Positions 61,085-64,000 of a stretch of DNA of 64,000 bases are shown piece by piece. The DNA lies in the NCBI GenBank assembly GCA_003150355.1, contig QAMJ01000017.1:32251-96250 (forward strand). Reading direction: 5' to 3'. The notes below the pieces were generated by a model. That model was not told where the DNA came from. It did not search any database and saw nothing but the letters and a program-made list of their open reading frames with translations. Each line of letters starts with the position of its first letter. Within the stretch, counting starts at the first letter, position 1. Both the position numbers and the translations under genes were made by a program. The DNA is from Clostridiales bacterium (lineage in GTDB: Bacteria > Bacillota > Clostridia > Oscillospirales > Oscillospiraceae).

Positions 61085-62953
61085 CTATTGCACGGCTTCC
61101 GCGGTGACTTCAGGCTCGGCGGTCTCCGCCGCATCGTCCGCGCTGTCCGCTTCTTCGCTCTGCGCGGCGGCCTCTGCAGCGAGCTTTGCCTCCTCTTCCG
61201 CGGCCTTCTTCGCTTCCTCGGCGGCCTTCGCGTCGGGCGCGTAGACATAGCCGTAGACGAAATCTGTCACAACGGCTTTGCTGACATTGCCGTTTTCTAT
61301 GACGGTCTTTTTCGTGAGACGGCCATCGCCGTCATATTCGTATTTGATGTTGCCGACCAGCGTGCTGTTTGCGTCGTACTTGTCCTGCTGGTACAGCAGC
61401 TCTCCCTTGTAGGTGTTCACAAAGTCGTAAGCCGTGCCGTCGGCCTCGATGTATCTGTCCATGCTGCCGTGCCGGTCGTACTCCTCGATCCAGAGCGTGT
61501 CTTCACTGCCCTCGGCAAGAGCGGTGCAGGAGGACATAGTCCCGTCATCATAGTATTCGTACACATAGTCATATTGGAACACGCCGCCCTGACCGAGCAG
61601 GTTCCCATGATCGTCATAGACGGAGGAGACCTGATCGCGCGTGAGGGTGTAGCTGCCGTCGGGCGCGTATTCGTACTCATAGGTCTGGTCATCCATCGAG
61701 GGGTACTCGGAGTACAGCCGCGTCTCGGACAGCAGAACACCGTCGCTTGTATAGGCATAGGTCGTTGTCAGGGGGCCGGAGCAGCTCTCGTCATAGCTCG
61801 TCGTCATGCTGACCCTGCGCTGGACGAAGCCGTCGGCCTTTTCCGCGCTGTCGCAGTAATCGCCGAGCTCGGTATAGAGCGCCTGCGCTTCGTCAAAGCT
61901 GCCATCCTCAAGAAGCTTGCCAGCTTTTTGATACAGCGCTTCGAGCGCCTTCTCGGCGGCGTCTTCATAATCACCGAGGGCGATAAACGCATCGTGCGCT
62001 TCGTCAAAGCTGCCGTCTTCAAGGAGCTTGCAGGCCTTAGTGTAGGCGGTGTTCTCCTGCCCCTTGCCTGCGGCTTCCTCGGCCTTTACGGCGCTGTCCT
62101 TATAATTGCCGAGCTTTGTGAAAGCGACGTCGGCTTCGTTGTAGCGCCCGGCGTCGAGCAGGGCGAGAGCATCGTCATAGGCGCGGGCGTTTCTTGATGA
62201 TACCACGGAGAAAACTATTGCCGCCGCTGCGATGAGCGCGATGGGCACGGCAATAAGAGCGATCTTCTTAGCCTTTTTCGCGTGCGCGTCACGCACGGCG
62301 TCGACGGCGGAGGCGTGCTCCTCTTCGCGGCGGAGACGCTCAGTCTTTTCCTCGCGGAGCCGGTCAACATCGAGCTTGGCAATGAGCGTATCCAGCTCCT
62401 GAGAGCATACATGGCAGCGCTCGCCGTCGCGGTTTATCTCGCCGCAGGCGCACAGCCACAGGTCCTTCTGGCGCATGGGCACAAAGGCGCTCTTCGGCGT
62501 GGTGTCTATCCGGTACTGCTTTGCAAGCTCCTTGTCCCAGAGCTTCGTGTCGAGCCCTGCCTGCTCCTGCAGCGGCTCCCAGCGCTGAGAGTCGGAGACG
62601 TAGCTGCCGCCGTCGGCATAGTAGACCGCGAGCACCGCCGCGGAGTAGGAGCGCACCGAACGGTCGGGGAGGTAGACGGCCTCCTTCGAGCCCCAGTATT
62701 CATCGCGCCCTATCTCAAGGTCGAGGTACTGGTGCTCTTCCCGGCAGACGACGGCCTTAGCCATGTCGTACCCGGTGATGAGCACCTTTATTGCGCGGAT
62801 GGGACGGCTGCATATGGAGCGGTACTTGAGCTGCGCCAGCACCTTCCCGGTCTGGTTATCCTTGAGCAGCGCCCCCGCTGCGATGACGAGCGGCGCACCC
62901 TCCGTATAGAGATTTTCCGGCAGGGTATAAAGCCTTGTGTATCTTTCCGCCAT
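61085..62953 (-). CDS. multi-domain membrane protein: cytoplasmic domain with zinc ribbon, one TM segment, three 36-aa helical repeats, YD-repeat-like region, Ala/Glu-rich tail
   Basis: CACGEINRDGERCHVC (zinc ribbon), TM IALIAVPIALIAAAAIVFSVV, three LLEDGSFDEA..LGDY.D.AEKA repeats, YEYDGDGRLTKK-type YD motifs. Confidence 0.7.
   Translation of the reverse strand: MAERYTRLYTLPENLYTEGAPLVIAAGALLKDNQTGKVLAQLKYRSICSRPIRAIKVLITGYDMAKAVVCREEHQYLDLEIGRDEYWGSKEAVYLPDRSVRSYSAAVLAVYYADGGSYVSDSQRWEPLQEQAGLDTKLWDKELAKQYRIDTTPKSAFVPMRQKDLWLCACGEINRDGERCHVCSQELDTLIAKLDVDRLREEKTERLRREEEHASAVDAVRDAHAKKAKKIALIAVPIALIAAAAIVFSVVSSRNARAYDDALALLDAGRYNEADVAFTKLGNYKDSAVKAEEAAGKGQENTAYTKACKLLEDGSFDEAHDAFIALGDYEDAAEKALEALYQKAGKLLEDGSFDEAQALYTELGDYCDSAEKADGFVQRRVSMTTSYDESCSGPLTTTYAYTSDGVLLSETRLYSEYPSMDDQTYEYEYAPDGSYTLTRDQVSSVYDDHGNLLGQGGVFQYDYVYEYYDDGTMSSCTALAEGSEDTLWIEEYDRHGSMDRYIEADGTAYDFVNTYKGELLYQQDKYDANSTLVGNIKYEYDGDGRLTKKTVIENGNVSKAVVTDFVYGYVYAPDAKAAEEAKKAAEEEAKLAAEAAAQSEEADSADDAAETAEPEVTAEAVQ
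61826..62182 (-). repeat. intragenic tandem repeat (three units of about 108 nt / 36 aa)
   Basis: Units 2 and 3 share LLEDGSFDEA(H/Q).....LGDY.D.AEKA and long near-identical DNA stretches (TCGTCAAAGCTGCC). Unit 1 is more divergent. Confidence 0.6.
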
Positions 62954-62965
62954 GGCTGTCCCTCC

Positions 62966-63208
62966 TTAAAGATCGGGCAGCTCGTCATTGCTGACGACGC
63001 TCTGCCCCACGCTTCTGTCGGGCATGGCGGCTATCAGCAGGTAGCCGACAAAGCCGAGAAGGAACGATATCCAGAAATACTTGCGCTCATGGTAGCCCTT
63101 GTCCTCGGCGATCCTGAAGAACTCACCGGCGACGAACCAGGAGATCACGAGCGCCGCGACGACGGCAAGGATGATAATTATCGGGAGAAGCAGCCCGACA
63201 GAGTTCAT
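62966..63208 (-). CDS. small two-TM membrane protein
   Basis: ORF 62966..63349, with start refined to MNSVGLLLPIIIILAVVAALV at 63208. Confidence 0.5.
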   Translation of the reverse strand: MNSVGLLLPIIIILAVVAALVISWFVAGEFFRIAEDKGYHERKYFWISFLLGFVGYLLIAAMPDRSVGQSVVSNDELPDL

Positions 63209-63385
63209 GGTCACACCCACTTTCGAAAGGGTTACATAACGTGTTAATATTATACCAGCAGCGGGGCAAGAAATCAATAATGACTTGTGAACATTGCTGG
63301 AAAAAGCGCTTTTCGCGGTGGTTGGTGTGGTAAAAAGAAAAAACGGCACTCTCCGAACAGTCGGAGAGTGCCGGCAGAGTATGTG

Positions 63386-64000
63386 TTAGTGTTTCGAGTG
63401 CTTGGACTTCTTCTTGTTGCGCTTGGAGCTTATCACGATTGCCGCGATAATTGCGGCGATTATCGCCATGATGCTGATAACGGCGGCGGTGATAAGTGCC
63501 CCGGCGCTTGCTTCCTTAACGGGAGCGGCGCTCGCCGTCGGAGACGGCAGGGCAGTGGCGGACGGAGAAACGCTCGGTGAGACGCTTGCCGACGGCGCGG
63601 GCGTGGCTGACGGAGATGCGCTCGGCTTCGGCGTCGCGGTGGGCTTGGGAGAGGGCGAAGCCGCGGCGGTGACGGTTATCTTTGCCGCGTCAGTGTACTC
63701 CCACTCTCCGTCCTCACTGCTGAACAGGCAGGCTACCGACCAGCCGTTCATGCCCTGAGGGACGTTTGAGATGGTGAACACCTCGCTGTTGCCGCCGCTG
63801 AGGCGGAGATCGGGGAAGTAGCCCCATATCTTGTCAAAGACTATCTCTGTGCCGTTCTTGTCGTAAAAGCGCCATGCGCACCATGAATAGTTATCCGCGC
63901 GGGCGATGAACATGGCGGACTCACCGGCTTTGAGCGTCTCCCCGGTGGGCTGCTTGGTTATTACCGGCACCGATGGTGTAGCAGCCGGCGTGGCGGTAGG
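63386..64000 (-). CDS. cell-surface protein (5' partial): Ig-like domain, Pro/Ser/Thr/Ala linker, C-terminal TM and basic tail
   Basis: The reading frame stays open to the window edge. TATPKPSASPSATPAPSASVSPSVSPSATALPSPTASAAP linker, TM ALITAAVISIMAIIAAIIAAIVI, tail KRNKKKSKHSKH. Confidence 0.6.
   Translation of the reverse strand, partial: PTATPAATPSVPVITKQPTGETLKAGESAMFIARADNYSWCAWRFYDKNGTEIVFDKIWGYFPDLRLSGGNSEVFTISNVPQGMNGWSVACLFSSEDGEWEYTDAAKITVTAAASPSPKPTATPKPSASPSATPAPSASVSPSVSPSATALPSPTASAAPVKEASAGALITAAVISIMAIIAAIIAAIVISSKRNKKKSKHSKH

Noticed and set aside
63440-63560. LPSPT as a sortase LPXTG motif in the surface protein
   Set aside because: It lacks the Thr-Gly cleavage dipeptide. 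It lies about 13 residues before the hydrophobic segment, inside a repetitive P/S/T/A linker where such strings arise by chance.
1-64000. CRISPR arrays, intact IS elements or transposases, prophage structural genes, rRNA genes
   Set aside because: By eye I found no regularly spaced direct repeats of 25-40 nt. I saw no transposase- or phage-like ORFs and no rRNA-like stretches. The only mobile-element traces are the integrase 3' remnants and the tRNA fragment reported above. A computational repeat scan would be needed to exclude short arrays rigorously.

Overview
Most likely a high-GC Firmicutes (Clostridia-like) chromosomal segment. This is inferred only from gene content: buk/ptb, indolepyruvate:ferredoxin oxidoreductase, an HU/S4-domain/flippase neighbourhood, sortase, and SigA-type promoters. 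Nearly all of the window is tightly packed operons for organic-acid and sugar catabolism.

Main loci:
(1) 0.9-10.0 kb: an araD-like epimerase, two AraM-like glycerol-1-phosphate-dehydrogenase-family paralogs, an ABC importer, a HAD phosphatase and a DeoR regulator.
(2) 10.1-13.2 kb: a decayed junction with gene remnants, a degenerate tRNA 3' fragment, an AraC regulator and an internally deleted ilvD remnant.
(3) 13.2-23.5 kb: a thioesterase and an IclR regulator, then a TRAP transporter operon fused to FdrA, a 63-aa ORF, DUF1116, an acetate-kinase-family kinase and DUF2877. This is the most interesting candidate system. It resembles the E. coli fdrA-ylbE-ylbF module but carries a non-orthologous kinase. 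The segment is bracketed by 41-nt direct repeats that are the 3' ends of tyrosine-integrase-like genes.
(4) 23.5-25.3 kb: a pseudogene mosaic.
(5) 25.4-30.1 kb: an HpcH aldolase, a second TRAP system and a GntR regulator.
(6) 30.2-42.8 kb: a third TRAP system, a PEP-mutase/ICL-family enzyme, two FGGY kinases, a SorC regulator, an Rpe-like epimerase, a catalytically degenerate Dak1-like protein, a class II aldolase, an archaeal-type TIM and YjbQ. A shared operator-like motif recurs in the non-coding regions of this locus.
(7) truA, followed by a stand-alone 633-aa uncharacterised protein with an HprK/PEPCK-like P-loop.
(8) An iorA-iorB-ptb-buk-aminotransferase operon.
(9) A LysR regulator, an orphan 2-hydroxyacyl-CoA-dehydratase-like pair and a small P-loop protein.
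(10) Housekeeping and envelope genes: S4-domain protein, HU, MOP flippase, FAD oxidoreductase, and a zinc-ribbon/repeat/YD-repeat membrane protein.

I found no CRISPR array, no intact tRNA or rRNA, and no intact transposase or integrase. Family names are motif-level recognition from the translations. No database searches were run.
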